From assembly GCA_965285935.1 (NCBI GenBank), contig OZ260664.1, positions 22,506,001 through 22,570,000 of the forward strand: DNA of 64,000 nt, read 5' to 3'. Origin of the DNA: Ophelia neglecta (lineage: Eukaryota). The translations under genes and the position numbers were made by a program. This document shows positions 51,101 through 64,000 of the stretch, one piece after another. Below the pieces are notes generated by a model, which was not told the origin of the DNA, did not search any database, and saw nothing but the letters and a program-made list of their open reading frames with translations. The stretch's first letter is position 1. Each line of letters opens with the position of its first letter.

Positions 51101-54100
51101 AGCAGGTTAAGGCAAAAGTTAGTTTAATAGTCTTACATTAACAATTTTCATCATGGCGAGACAAGTGCAGTAAGGAAGTTTATTGTGCACAAAGGAAAAT
51201 TATAACATTAATTGATCAATAAAAGATATCACGTAAGTTTTATTGAGTTGAAAGTATAAAAGAAATGTGGAGGTGTACGTGTTCTACATGTAATTGATAC
51301 AGATTGTCCTAGACTTGATGAAAGATGTAGAGTGGATCTAAAGACAACTTCTGACACTATTGATGTTATTGTTCTTGAATAGGGTATGCACTGGTTGCAA
51401 AGAAGTAGAATGTATTATGATAGTATAAAGATGTATGAGTTAATACATTTTGCCAAATTTATTCATTCCTGCCTTACTTGTTACTTTCATTGATAGTTAT
51501 GATGTATGGTTATAATTGTGAAATAAATTAGTCATTTACTTGTGACCCATGACAATATATTGCTCAGTTAGAGAAATGCAGCTAAGTTGATTTGTCTCGA
51601 TTGGAAGATGAACTTAATTCATTCCATCGTTTCGATTTCTGGTATTACTTTGCTTGATGCAAGCGTTACACATCTTTATTGGCTCGGAACCTCTTCCCAA
51701 AAGGGCCAAGTGTTATATTAGTGTCACTTAGTGAGTAATAATAATATAATTAAAAAAGGAATATCGCATTGTGTTAGATATCAGTTAAGATAAAAAAAAA
51801 GCACTTGTATTATTGAGCTTAAGAAAAGGGCCAAACCTTCAGCGGACAGGTCGTAACCTGCTCTCAGAGTGTCAGGCGGGATGTTATTTGTAGTGCGCGG
51901 TGGTCCTGTAGAGAATCCCAGAAAACTTTAGTTTGATAGGAAGTTAGCTAATAGAGATATCGACAGTCACTCCTAAACCCTACCCAAGTGCATATTTCTA
52001 GTAATTCAGTATCACCACTCGTAACGTTGTTTGTCGGCCCTGCTTATTTTTAGTAGGCCTACAGACGATGTAGCAGATAACGACAGCCTATGACTGGTAA
52101 TCGTATTATCTGTCCATACTTCCATCATTGTCAAGAACGTGTGAAAGCGCGGCAACAACCATAACAAATCTGTCAAGTAAAGTCCCTGATTACATGACTT
52201 GTCGCCATTGCATTTGCGGACTATCAATTTGCAGAAAAGCACGCCCGTCTAAAGGCAGAGTTAAACACGTCTCCGATAATGTAAATAGACGTGCTTCCGC
52301 CCATTCACCTTGGCACTGAAGTGACCCTCCAGTCGTACTTCACAAGCAAGCATAGAATGGCAAGGTAAAATTCCGTCTTTAAAAATACGAGAATTGACCA
52401 TGCGCCAGTGAAATTTATTTCCTTGTGTCTGTGTGTCTCCCTGTAAATGGTTGAAACTCATAACCTTTGGTTTCATAATTAACGAAGTGTAAAGTCACAT
52501 TTGAAGCCCAAGATATTTCATCATTTGTAGGACGGACTTAGTTGGCCATGGGAAAGTGCAATTTTTATATCTCTCAAAATATACACTATTACATTTATAT
52601 AATCAAATACTACTCAGTTTTCGTATACATGTATAATTTGATAAAGGCCTATAAGAAAGCAAATAATATCTAAAAGAATCATTACCCTATTCATTTCTGT
52701 TCATTCCTATTCATTGTAAAAAAACTAGGATGCAAGTACCTATTGGATATAACATATATTGAAATATCACGATTAAAAAGAAGGGTCATAAGACTTGCAG
52801 CGAGTGGATACCCGGCGTACAGAACAAACTCATTAATCATAATGGTCCAATTAATCAATCCGAGATCATAAGTAGGCACATACCACAAGCTCCCCAACTG
52901 TAAATAAACAGGTAATTCAAAATTAAAATGAATCTATAAAATCTTTATCAAATAACTATGCAAGATGGGATGTCTAAAGACTGACCTAAAGATTGTTTAA
53001 ATGTGCCTCTGTTTGGGCCATGAGTGATTTTGTTTAAAGCGTTTAAATTCTGAATTTTTTGAGCCTTTTACCTACAATAATTGAAGCAGCAGTGCTCCGC
53101 TTATAAAGCCAAAATTCATATTTTTCAAATGATATAATCTATAATATTCTTAAATTGCATCATGGTAAAGCACGAGAAGTGGTCAATCCATATATATGCC
53201 ATGGATGTTTTTTGTGCATAGTTTCATTAGTAACAGTTACACAATAAGATTTTATTTTATATTTCAGAGTCAATTCAGAATCTATTAACGCAATCCTTCT
53301 TGCTTCTGGGAAGTTTGGTTTCCTTTTGTTGTTTGAGTCACAGTGGGTTACATAGGAATTATGACAAAACAAGCAAAAATACTAAAATGTGTGAACTTTC
53401 AGAGTTAATCCATCATCTCTGACTTATTTATTTCAGTAGTGTAGATAAGCCCCATGCTGTTTGTTCCGTCTTAGGAAATTATAACTTTGCATATATATGT
53501 ATATAAGCCCTTCATACTTGAGCATACAAAACTCCGAGCTTTGCGCTTATAAATATTCGACAATACTCTGAGATAACGCGAATAGCAATAACCTCCGTTA
53601 AGAATGGAAACTTATAATGGGCACAAATAGAAAATTGCAATTACAATTCCAAACGCATAGTAACTAGGAATGACTTATCTAATAGTAGGCCGCGTGCTCG
53701 GAGGAACAATTAAAATTGATATTGATAATGACTTTTCATTACTAAATGGCCTTCACTAGCTGGTGTCCACTACATTCCAGTTTGAAAGTTTCCCTGGAGA
53801 CACCGCAATAACGCTTGTAGGTCAAACGTCCTTGGAAATGCACACAGTACGCTAAAAGCCAACATGGTCTGAAAAGCGTACAACTTGAACTAGGAACATT
53901 CTGGATTGAATGGTTGTCTGCTGAAGGTAAAGATTTTTTCCAAGACCAAGTATTTTTTTGTGTAATTAACCCATCGTCTTGTACAGTTGCTACCCTGTTA
54001 TAATTCGCAAAACTTCTTTAAACGATAGTTTGTTTGTGGGTAGTTAAATTGTTTATATATACCTTATAATGTCAAATATAAAAAGTAAAAAACGAGTGGC

Positions 54101-54699
54101 ACGCACTTGGACACATGGACCCCGTCACTTGGTCGAGAAAACACTAATCATTTGACTTCAATCTAACCAGAAGTTATGATCTACAACCGTTACATGTAGC
54201 AATGCCTGAATTTTATCAACAGTTACAATTGAATTATAAGGTCACTTAAAATGATGTTATATTTTTTGCATATGAGTCCAACTAGGCATATTCAAGCTAA
54301 TGCCACTTGAAGAGTGGTGACGAAAAATGCCTTAGAGGAAAAACTAAAAGAAAACGGATCGGATAACCGGCAGATAAATCAGACGAATCGCTCTGAGGTA
54401 AACAAGAACCAGTTTGATTCAACTGGAGACCCTCAAGCAGCAGATTCCGATTGGCGAATTTCATTTGTGCATTCAAATTAAATCGATTTCGCCTGTAGTG
54501 TTATATAAGGTTATATCATGAAATATAACAGGTTACATGAATTCACAATGGTGGATGGAAAAACCTTATCCACCAAATATAATGACACTGATAACAATGC
54601 ATATCAAAACATATTTGTGGTTCAAAACTAATAGAAATATAAGTCACACTGGTGAGAGAAACTGATTCCAACGCCATATATATAATAGAATAAAGTACA

Positions 54700-55950
54700 A
54701 AGACATTGATACCAGATCTTTCATGTGTGCACTCCGACCAACCAAATACATGACCGCATAGGGCGGTGTACAAGTTTACAAATTGGCTGGAGTAATAGGA
54801 TGGTTTTGTGAATGAAATGTTCCAGACTTACATTGTCACATTGTCTGGAATATTGCATGCGTGGGTTGTCCCGGAATGCACTTCCATGAACTATCCCGAC
54901 AGTCATTCGTACATGATATTCTGCTGTATAGTTTCTGGTGATATTACCTTAATGGCCATATTGCTCTTTGCTGTTTAAGAATACATGTATCCAAAATATA
55001 CTTGTGAATCGTATTTTTGTTTACAAGGAGCGCCATCGAAGTGATCTCGGACAGAGGTCTATAAGGTATAATATTACCTACTCGGTCCCGCCACAAGATG
55101 AGATGCTGTCTTTCGCATATTGAGAATTTAAAGTCTGCTAACTGGAGAACAAAGCTTTCCATACACGAAACCATTGAGTTTATCCAGGCAAACTTGATTA
55201 GCTACGTAGGCAGTCATTGTTATTTGCCTGTCAAATAAGGCTCCGCAGTGCATTTTCCATCTATCATACACATACTCTGGATGTTTTTTTTTTAGAAAAA
55301 AGAAGGGCAGGGCAGGAGTTTCATCGTTTGAAGGTGATGACCAGGCCAATGGCTTCTACAAGGACTAGTGAGAAAAGACAATAGGGAGGAGTGAGGCCAA
55401 GTCCCTAATCTCAAAAAAAGCCAGGTGAAAACTCACTTTTGAGATTGTTCAAAAGGAACTAATATACACCACATATAATCTATGCACAGAATATCTCCTA
55501 TCATTATAGGGTTCCATTCTTTCATACTTCTTGAAACATAGATTCTGGTGTTAAAGCTGGTCTGTTGCGTTAAACTCTACCTGGGTAATCGAAACCCAGT
55601 CATGCAACTACGGTAATCCTGTCGGGTAAATGATTGACTTCTTGAAATGCACAGGGAATCAGGCGTTTCCTTGAATACAATTTTAAGAATCCGTGTCATT
55701 GTAGTCATTGTGTCATGTTCTATTAGAAAATAACACGGTACATACCCCGCTCATAATTCCAGCCCAGGGAATGCATTAAAACCGCAGGACACAGACTGCG
55801 GCCAGTGGGTGAGGAAGTTAATAAATGGTTCAGGAGGCACGTCTTGTGTAGGGGAAAGACGTTTGGAGAGTAGTATCACAGGCAAGATGTGGTTAGGGCG
55901 TCCGTATGTCTGCTCAAAAGTTGGCTCTAAATCCGTCATGGCAGACAATT
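54700..55950 (-). mobile_element. Highly decayed CR1-like LINE ORF2 remnant (endonuclease end to RT)
   Basis: Colinear degenerate motifs on the minus strand: EPTFEQTYGRPNHILPVILL, NLKSEFSPG, LPFFFLKK, YVANQVCLDKLNGFVYGKLC, VILYLID, FWIHVFLNSKEQ, VGIVHGSAF. These match the order of CR1 ORF2 motifs (EPTR..LDLIL, KSPGPD, PIFKK, QHGF..GRSC, IYLDF, WI..FL..R.Q, SGVPQGSVL). Confidence 0.6.
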
Positions 55951-58900
55951 CATAGGAATCAGCTACACTATTTAGATTTCAGTCCAGTCGGTGTAATGTC
56001 ATCTCGAATTGTGCGAACATTTACCAGCTTATAATTATAAATCGTATAAATCAAATGTCCAAAACTGCCTTCTCTCGGTTACCTCCCTTTACTTCAGAGA
56101 TATTAACGTAAATTTTATTACCCTAGTAAAGTTTAGTTAGTTAGAAAAATTAAACAATGTTCGTACCAAACATTTTAACGTTTTTATCCCAGTGCATTGA
56201 GTGTTGATTATCTACAACCATCCCAACTTAGAGGAGTTAAGCAGTTTCAGCAGGTTCGTGGCAGATGTCTATAACTAAATTAGGGTAATTTGTTGCGTGA
56301 GTGCTGTTTAAGTAGATAAAGAATGCCACCGAGGCCGTCTCAAAATCTAGCTTTTATTGAGATACTACTGGCTGATGTATTAAACCCAGACTGCATGTTG
56401 TGCCTGTAGTCCAGTGATAATTAGATCTAGTGCATTCAGCAAGTGTGACGCGAATGACCTACAAAATATAGGTAGATGAATGAGCAAAGTGAGAACAGCA
56501 TTTGATAGCATGGTATTCGCCCGTCAAATAGCATCATTAGAAACGCACAACAATAAACCTGGGCCATTTACACACCTTAGATGTATAACTAGGGATGAAT
56601 AAACTTTAAACCATTTAACGTTTAGGTCAAATACTCTTATGTGGCATTAACTTCTATGAAGCAAAATAATCAATTTGAAACTTTTCTCTTCTGGTTTAAC
56701 TACCGACATATATCAACAGGGTTATTGGTATATAACTGGGTGATAACCTGCCAGAGCGCCTGCAGTCACCCCATCGAAAAATGGCATCCTCCAGCAACGG
56801 TCAGAAATGTTTCCCCCTGTTTGGTATTTTATCCTTTAAATCAACTTCTTTAGTAGTTAAACAATGCCAGGGCACATTTTATGTATGATCCAGACTGTAA
56901 ATCGCAAAATGAATTAACATTTGTGATCAGTCAAAAGATGAAGTAAATACATGTAAGTTAAAGATTGAGTAGCTTACTTTAAGGATGGGGTAATTCTACA
57001 GGGATGGGGTAACACACGTTTTGTTCAAATCGTGGTGCATTTCCATGCTTTTTTGCCCGTGGATGGCAAGCAGTTTACCCATCGCAATAGTCAGTTACCC
57101 CATCCAGTTATCCCAAAGTCAGTTGCAGTGGGAAAATATAAATATAAACCGATATTTGATACAACCTTTTAACAGTATTTAATGTCTTTAAATTGCCGTT
57201 GACCCCGATCTCACTTAAGCGAATAATGCAATATAGCAGATTTATTGCCAACAAAGTGCCAATTAAACTTCATAGCCAACAGCCACCCTTAGAAATGATT
57301 ACCCCTGGAGCAATAAAATGATTATGCGTTTATCTTGGGTCTGGGAATTGATGTATGCGCTTCTGTGGCTGGTGGAACCTGATTTCGGATCAATTGATTG
57401 GACTATAATATATTGACTATAATATATTGCAATATCTGGCGGGTATTCAATCCCGTTTTTCTGCCATTACCTAGGTAATTATTTGGAGTAATCATCTTGA
57501 ACTATCAATGCCGTCTTGCTCAAGAAATTGTCAAATGTTTCTGTAGTGGCGGCTCTTGTTTGCATATCAAAATGCCACGAACACATGTGGTAATTTCAAG
57601 AATGTGTTACTATGATCTTTCACCATGAAAACAAAGACCTAGAGCACTATTTGTTCAGTTATCTGCAACATTGGCTGAAGTGTTCTGGAAAATATATGTT
57701 TCAATAAAAAATGGCGGCACTCATTTGAGTATGAATAATTCGCGGACCTTTCGGCAACTTCTTAACAAGGCTTGTTTGTTTTCTACGCACTTCTTTCTAA
57801 TCCAGAAACGTCGATAAGAATATATCCGAAGGGTGCACGAAAACCCCCTTTTCCGACAATCTAGACTACACAGAAAACGAGACGTTTCCGTGATTCGGCA
57901 GCAAGACACATTATATTTCTGTGGTCCCTTTCTAATTGAGCAGTTTTACTTCACGTACCCGTACTTTAATTTGCCGTCTCCATTATTAACGATTTATTTC
58001 CTGTACAGGAAGACAGCTAAGTCACTTATTAAACACGGAGGGGCGGACGAGGAGGTAATGGCATTTCAGTGTGGCACTAAAAAATAGGGCAGGGGTTGGG
58101 GGGTTGCTGTACGGTTAGGGAAAGGGTGAGGGGTAGGTTTATTTGGTCTAGTGTTGTGTCCTTATCTCGGAATTCACCTGCGTCCCCGGAGCCTGCACTT
58201 CCTGAGCAAATCGATACGCATGATCGTGAACAATTTCGCGAAAAGGGCGTATTATTTTTTCTCCACATTGCATGTCAACGAAAACCTGAGACAAGGGGAA
58301 CTTTTTTCAAACAGACAGCGAAATTTAAAAAAAAAGTTTTTTTTTAGCTTGATTTCAACAGGCAGTGGGTGGTCAGAAGTTGTCCATGGTTGTTTTCATA
58401 ATGTTACTGTTTTACTCCGGTTGAATCACCAGGGGTGATTTTTAAGATAAAAATATCAGCATTTTCCAGAAAAAAAGTGAATCAGTGGGAAAGGGGGAAC
58501 TTTTCAAAGATGGTAATGAACTATCATGAATATTTCCTCCTTTTTACCAGGATTGCTTGGCTCGGGCCTGCGCCAGGCTCCTCGTCTCTGCTGTTAATCA
58601 AATACCGGAAGTCAGGTTGGTCCCCCCATTGCCCATACTCAACTAACGCTGAGGGTTTTGGTGTTTTCGGATACATATCAATGAAACGTTAGTTAGCACA
58701 CATCGGGACCTCCTGTGAATACTAATGTATGGTCTAATGCAATACAGGTCTATACTACTTGGACCCGTGGGTAAAACCTACATCACTTGCAAACACACGG
58801 GAAGAAAACGTTTAACAATAGGAAAAAGCAGAAATCAAGACATTTTATTTAAATTTAAGAAGTAACACTGACTACTATCTTCTGCTTTGAGACATGTAGC

Positions 58901-59416
58901 ATCAGTTGCATCACAAGCTTTTCTGACTGATTTTAACAAAAGATACATACTACTTGTTTCCAAATTACTGACCCAGGGTTATGATCTTTCGAAGGTACAA
59001 CAGGCATTTCACAGATTAATATTCATGCAGTATACTGAATTACTTGTATAACACTTGTATAGGGGGCTTGTGGAATTACAATGAATAAAATGATATAGAT
59101 TTTTTGCATTGTTGTCCTGGTTAAGATGGCTCCCTTTTACCGTTGCTGTTACACCTTTGCGTAATAGAGAATCAGTTTTAAAATGTAGTATGGATAATCC
59201 ACAATAACAAAGATCTTGATATGTCTAACATAAAGACATGTAAACTTTACTATATTACTCTTAATCACTGCAATTATTACGGAAATCATTATAAAATGTA
59301 ATCTCAAAGGTACTTCTTTGTGCTTTCAAACTGGGCTCCAGTCTCCACTACTAGCAACATATTTATAGCTAAAATGCTTTCGCCAAATCCATTTCTTTTC
59401 AATGACTTTACTATAA

Positions 59417-59600
59417 GGGTTGGTTGTTTAGGGTTTTTATGTGGCTTTCAACACTTATCTGGTCATATCGCCACAGTACTTGTGAAAGTGGGCCCAATGC
59501 CCTCTTTATAGTGCTGCCTCACTGGAGTACCTGCCGTAGACACCAGACAGGGAACCCAACCCATGCAGTCACATTATACTGATATAGGGTTGACCAGTTG
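59417..59600 (-). mobile_element. 5'-truncated SINE of the Meta/MESC type
   Basis: Minus strand actggtcaaccctatatcagtataatgtgactg...tccagtgaggcagcactataaag...gatatgaccagataagtgttgaaagccacataaaaacc, then an (AACC)-like tail. This resembles the Meta/MESC central domain and tail as recalled from mollusc SINEs; the tRNA head is missing. Confidence 0.65.
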
Positions 59601-61616
59601 ACTGTAGGGGAGAGGGTGTACAGTGTACAGTTGTGCAAATACATACAGTAAGCCAGTATGCATTTTGAGAAATTACCCAGCAATAACCTTTTGACGTGAC
59701 TAAAAATTATCCGTATGGGTAATTGTTTTCAATGGTTAACTAGTTACTTTTTGTTATTGCCCATTCCATTACGTTTTCATACTGTGGACCTTTATACAAA
59801 AAATCCACGTACCCCAGAGGCAGTTGATTCATATGTCAAAATAACCGTTAAATGAAGTAGTACATACACAATATACTATAAATGCATCTAGGGCGCATTA
59901 ATTAATCCTGCTTTCAAGATATTTTTTTAAGCAGTTTCCAATTGAAATTCAAAGAATTCAATAATAAGTCCACAATACAACGTAAATAACACAGAAAAGT
60001 GGCAATAATATCATTTATTATTAATTTAAGCCTTATATAGCTTCTACATTTTTATTAAAGAGCAATGACCCTCCTCAAAACACTCGGAAAACACAAAATA
60101 GGGAGAACAGAAAACCCATTACATACAAAATTACTTTATTTGCCAGGCATGTATACAAATAATAACAAAACAACAAAGGTATAAATTATTTTTTTCATTA
60201 TGATCAACTTATTAAACATCTACACACTTTAATTAATGTATACAACAATACCGTATATATACAAAGACCAGCAAATTGTTCAAACTCATTCAATACCATA
60301 CGATAAAAAGTACATTTTAATGAAACTTTAAATGGTTACCACAGTAACTATGGCTGCTTAATATGAATATATGACATGGCTCCAGTTAAGCTATAATTAA
60401 TGTGCAAGCCTAAAACTTTGTCTTGCAACATTAAAAATGGAATTTGTACAGTGTTTATATACAGGCATTAGTGATGGGTTTAGTTATAATGACTTTGTAT
60501 TATAGGGAGTTATAAAACAACTAAATTCATTTGGCTGATATGATGTGACAAAAATGGACAAATAGTCAAGAAAATTTCACAATTTGGTCAAGAAAAGGTC
60601 TTTTTTTGTGCAAAGAAATGTCTTTAATACTGACAGAAGAAGGGAATAAATCAAAACCACTTGATCTACTGACAATATTTGCTGATTTTTGGCTGACACA
60701 ACTGCAGTTAATAGTAATATAGTTAAAGTGGAAATTTAGGAAAATACTCGCTGGGCGGCTGCAGCTAAATGCTTGTCAGAGACAGATTATCGGACTATGT
60801 TTGATATTCTCATCAGTATGTTGCTTGCTAGTAGGCCAAAGAGTACACAAAAAATAAATTTAACAAACGCACATTTAGCAAGACAGAAGAAAGAATATGA
60901 AACCTCGCCATCATCACTGAATCGGCACAACATGGCAAGATAGTAGTACCACCTTTGATAGAATTTGATTCATCACTTTTTTTTGTTGGACAAAATTACA
61001 CATTTTATTTTTTCATTTTATTTTTCTGAGCAGTTTTTCCCTTTATTGTGGTTTGCATTAAACATGCACAGATTGTTTTCAAACTTGTTGGCAAATAATT
61101 ACCGGCTGGTTGGATATCTTCAACATACTGTATGACATTCAACGTAATGTAGAATTTTTATATATCTACCCCTAATAAATTCTAATGGCCAATGAAAATG
61201 CTTCAGAAACATTCCAATAGCCAATCAAATGCAAAATTCTCAAAAAACGTCCTGCACAAATATAGTGCATGTCAAATGGATCATGCCGTGGACATACATG
61301 TATCCAGGATTTGGCTTATCTATGAGGAAATCTCTACCTGCGATCTATTCGTATTCTCTGCCAAAAGACCACATACAATATTATTCCCTCACATTGATAA
61401 GGAAATGGCATGTGGGGCCGAAAAGAGTCTCTTGGCTAATGACACTGCTTCTAGATGGCAGCTGAATAGTGTATCTTGACCACCAGGAAATACACATGAA
61501 TACAGAGACATCAAACATTTAACATGGACAAAATCTGATATACTTATAGTACAAACGGGATTCCTATTGCACAAAAACCTCATTCTTTTAAATTGTTGGC
61601 CTTCAATCATATGCTT

Positions 61617-61660
61617 ATATATATATACATCTATATATATACATATATATATATATATTA
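61617..61660. repeat. (TA)n-rich microsatellite
   Basis: Visible directly; similar tracts at 61863-61900 and 62345-62410. Confidence 0.85.
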
Positions 61661-61911
61661 ATATGTACAAAGTGATATGGTACAAAAATCCGTATGGCTG
61701 ACATTTGTTAGATAGATACATTTGTATATGTGAATGCGAGTGTAATCGTATAAGCATTATACGAGCACAAAAAATCTAAAATATTCCCTATTATCTGATA
61801 ATAAGCCATGCTAAATTATATCATCAACACTCCAGTTACTGCTTCTGTTTAAACATACTCACATGTATACATATACATATACATATATATATATGTGTGT
61901 GAGTGCATATA

Positions 61912-62088
61912 ACGAGAAACATGTGATTTAAGACCGGCCAAAGGACTGGCAAATACTGGTCTGTTTATAGAGGTGGTCTGTTTACACAGATCATTTTACA
62001 CTTAATGTGTATACTATGCTCTTCATTTAAGGGGTCTGAATTGGCAGGTGGTCTGAATATAGAGGTGTCTTGAAGGCAGGTTTCACTG
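61912..62088. mobile_element. Tc1/mariner(pogo)-type MITE, copy 2 (inside the putative 3' UTR)
   Basis: gaaacatgtgatttaagacc...aggactgg...ctggtctg...gaggtggtc...aaggcaggtttcactg; colinear with 43732-43907. Confidence 0.7.
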
Positions 62089-62101
62089 AATATATATTAA
62101 T

Positions 62102-62340
62102 CAGGGTTCTCCTAATGGTCAAAGAGCAATTAGCCTTTGGCTGAACCTTAAATTCATCAGTTTAGCCAAATGAATCTCACATCCACCATTTCTCAATTTC
62201 AATATAAAAACTGCCTTTTCTGACTTTGTTTCCAAAAAAAATGGCTATTAAGCGAAATAAGCTAACATGTGGTCATATTTATCAGCCAAATTTATCGCTG
62301 TTAACTACATGGCTAAATGGCTATCTTTAAGGGAATCCAG
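62102..62340. mobile_element. Possible hAT-like MITE
   Basis: Starts cagggttctcc and ends gggaatccag, with internal repeated ttagcc/ggcta motifs. The TIR is imperfect. Confidence 0.35.
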
Positions 62341-63005
62341 TAAATGTGTGTGTGTATATATATATATTCATATATTTATTTACAAATATATATATAAATT
62401 TAAATATATTTAGGTTTGCATGCTTGATGAGCATGCAGTTCGAAACCCCCAAAAATATGCAAATATAGCTGATAACTGATAGCAAAATTTAGTTAAAGGG
62501 AATTAGTTAAACTGAGTATTAGTCATACTAAATTAAGGAAAAATTTCTGCTTCTCTTTAATCAAATGTAAGCATGTGTACATAATTGTCTTTAAATATTT
62601 TTAAGAAGATTGAAAAAAAAACAGTTAAATTTCCTCCCGCATGATAATGATAAACAGTTCACACTTGTAGGGTGTAACGATAAGTCCACAATATACAGGC
62701 CATGTCAGCCTCTCATAGTGAGCCTTGAGACATACTAGCATCGCCCAAGCAAAACACTAATTTTCTTTGCGTCATGCATAAATTAGTTTGAGAACCACTC
62801 AATAGGAGAAAGAAAAACAAAGACCACGGTCATCATGGTGTGAGAACCACTCTAAATGCACGTCGCTCCAGCGATCTGGAGAAAGCCCTCTTTAATTAAA
62901 CACGCTACTGTCAAAAAGCACTGATAATGGTAAACAGCCCATGTCAACACGGAGCCAATCCCTTTTGTGCATTGCAATACATTTCAAATGGTTGTCATGT
63001 GATCA

Positions 63006-63473
63006 TCATGTGATATGCTGGTCCCTTAAACTGGGCGAGTCCACGTTTTCATCTGGGGTCATCAGAGACTGCAGTTCGTTACTCTCAGAGTCGACGGAGT
63101 GAACACTCTCCATGCTGATGGCAGGTTTCAGCGCACCTAACTTACTTTCTTCCATTCCATTATTGCCAATTTCTTCCAACACCACATTATCACTATTATT
63201 TCCCCTATTATCGCTCACACTCCTTTTACGTCCTGTATTATCGCTCGTGGCATGTGACCCACTGCTGTCAAGAGCTGGACTGTCTGTTGTGTCTGTTCTT
63301 GACACACAGCAAGGAGCGTGGTACTCCACATGGGTGGGCTGGTAGCGTATGACCTCCAAAACATCAGACTCAAGGTCGCGCAGCACATCTGTGGGCATGA
63401 GCTCTGAGGGACCTAAAGATGTACTAGGACCCTCCAGGTCTATGTTCACTACACTATCACGGCTACCATGGAT
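63006..63473 (-). CDS. Terminal coding exon (155 aa, acidic/Ser-rich, probably disordered C-terminal tail) of a gene continuing beyond the window
   Basis: Open frame IHGSRDSVVNIDLEGPST...LRDQHIT*, GC-richer than its flanks. It begins exactly at a phase-0 acceptor (minus strand ttgtttatcctcctag|ATC) and is followed by an AT-rich UTR-like tract. Confidence 0.8.
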   Translation of the reverse strand: MHGSRDSVVNIDLEGPSTSLGPSELMPTDVLRDLESDVLEVIRYQPTHVEYHAPCCVSRTDTTDSPALDSSGSHATSDNTGRKRSVSDNRGNNSDNVVLEEIGNNGMEESKLGALKPAISMESVHSVDSESNELQSLMTPDENVDSPSLRDQHIT

Positions 63474-64000
63474 CTAGGAGGATAAACAATGGTTAAATAT
63501 CAATATAATATTACTTTGTCCACATATGAAAATAACAAGAATTTGATCAAAAATCGTTATCTATTCATAACTTAATTTATATTCGGTTAATGATCATTCT
63601 ATTTTAAACTAAGTACTGATGAAAGCAGGCTCGCATGCCTAACATTCAATTATTACATGGTATTTTGTCTTTAAGAATTTGAAGCCATATTATTGTAACT
63701 CATAAGCAGTGCTTTGATAAATAATGTTGAATTGGTTTCCAAGTACACAGCTCGTTTCTTCATACATAATGTTGGGCCTCATAAATGAGTTTTTTTTCCT
63801 TATCTGGTATCTTTGCTATGTCTTTGATATTTCTTAAGTATTTTATACCAAAGAACAAACATATATTTCATACCTGAAGTCCATATGCTTTGAGAATATC
63901 TAGCTTACACATTGGACAGCTACGCTGCTCTATCAACCAAGGGTCGACACATGATTTGTGAAACATATGTCTGGAAAAAAGCATTTGAACTATTTAATAA

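Larger units (their letters stand above)
59995..63005 (-). other. Putative ~3-kb 3' UTR with polyadenylation signals
   Basis: Minus-strand AATAAA at 60014-60019, 60051-60056 and 60135-60140, followed by a GU/U-rich downstream tract (59971-59999). The region is AU-rich and lies after the stop at 63006. Confidence 0.5.

Noticed and set aside
1948-56300. AhR/XRE regulation from TTGCGTG matches (near 1948, 11935, 16625, 38488, 56293)
   Set aside because: The matches are scattered, not clustered near the P450, and compatible with chance.
58087-58140. Interstitial telomeric repeat
   Set aside because: Only one TTAGGG within a G-rich patch; not a tandem array.

Overview
AT-rich eukaryotic (animal) genomic DNA. 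The repeat content (Meta/MESC-type SINE, L2/CR1-group LINEs, DIRS-group remnants, poly-G/poly-C MITEs) suggests a lophotrochozoan such as a mollusc, which is an inference. Two host genes are supported, both on the minus strand: an uninterrupted CYP1-like cytochrome P450 CDS (19199-20731) and the last coding exon plus about 3 kb of 3' UTR of a gene entering from the right (63006-63473). The rest is intergenic and full of decayed transposons. The most notable observations are: (1) the P450 has Ile instead of the conserved I-helix Thr, with a dense cluster of nuclear-receptor half-sites (overlapping DR4 and IR1) just upstream; (2) a 162-bp solo-LTR-like element with TGTAACA...TGTTACA ends, a 4-bp target-site duplication and an internal tRNA-like Pol III promoter; (3) a degenerate 37-bp tandem array whose unit carries two overlapping palindromes; (4) two GC-rich motif clusters that look regulatory but lie far from any visible gene. 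All family assignments come from reading motifs by eye; no database searches were run.
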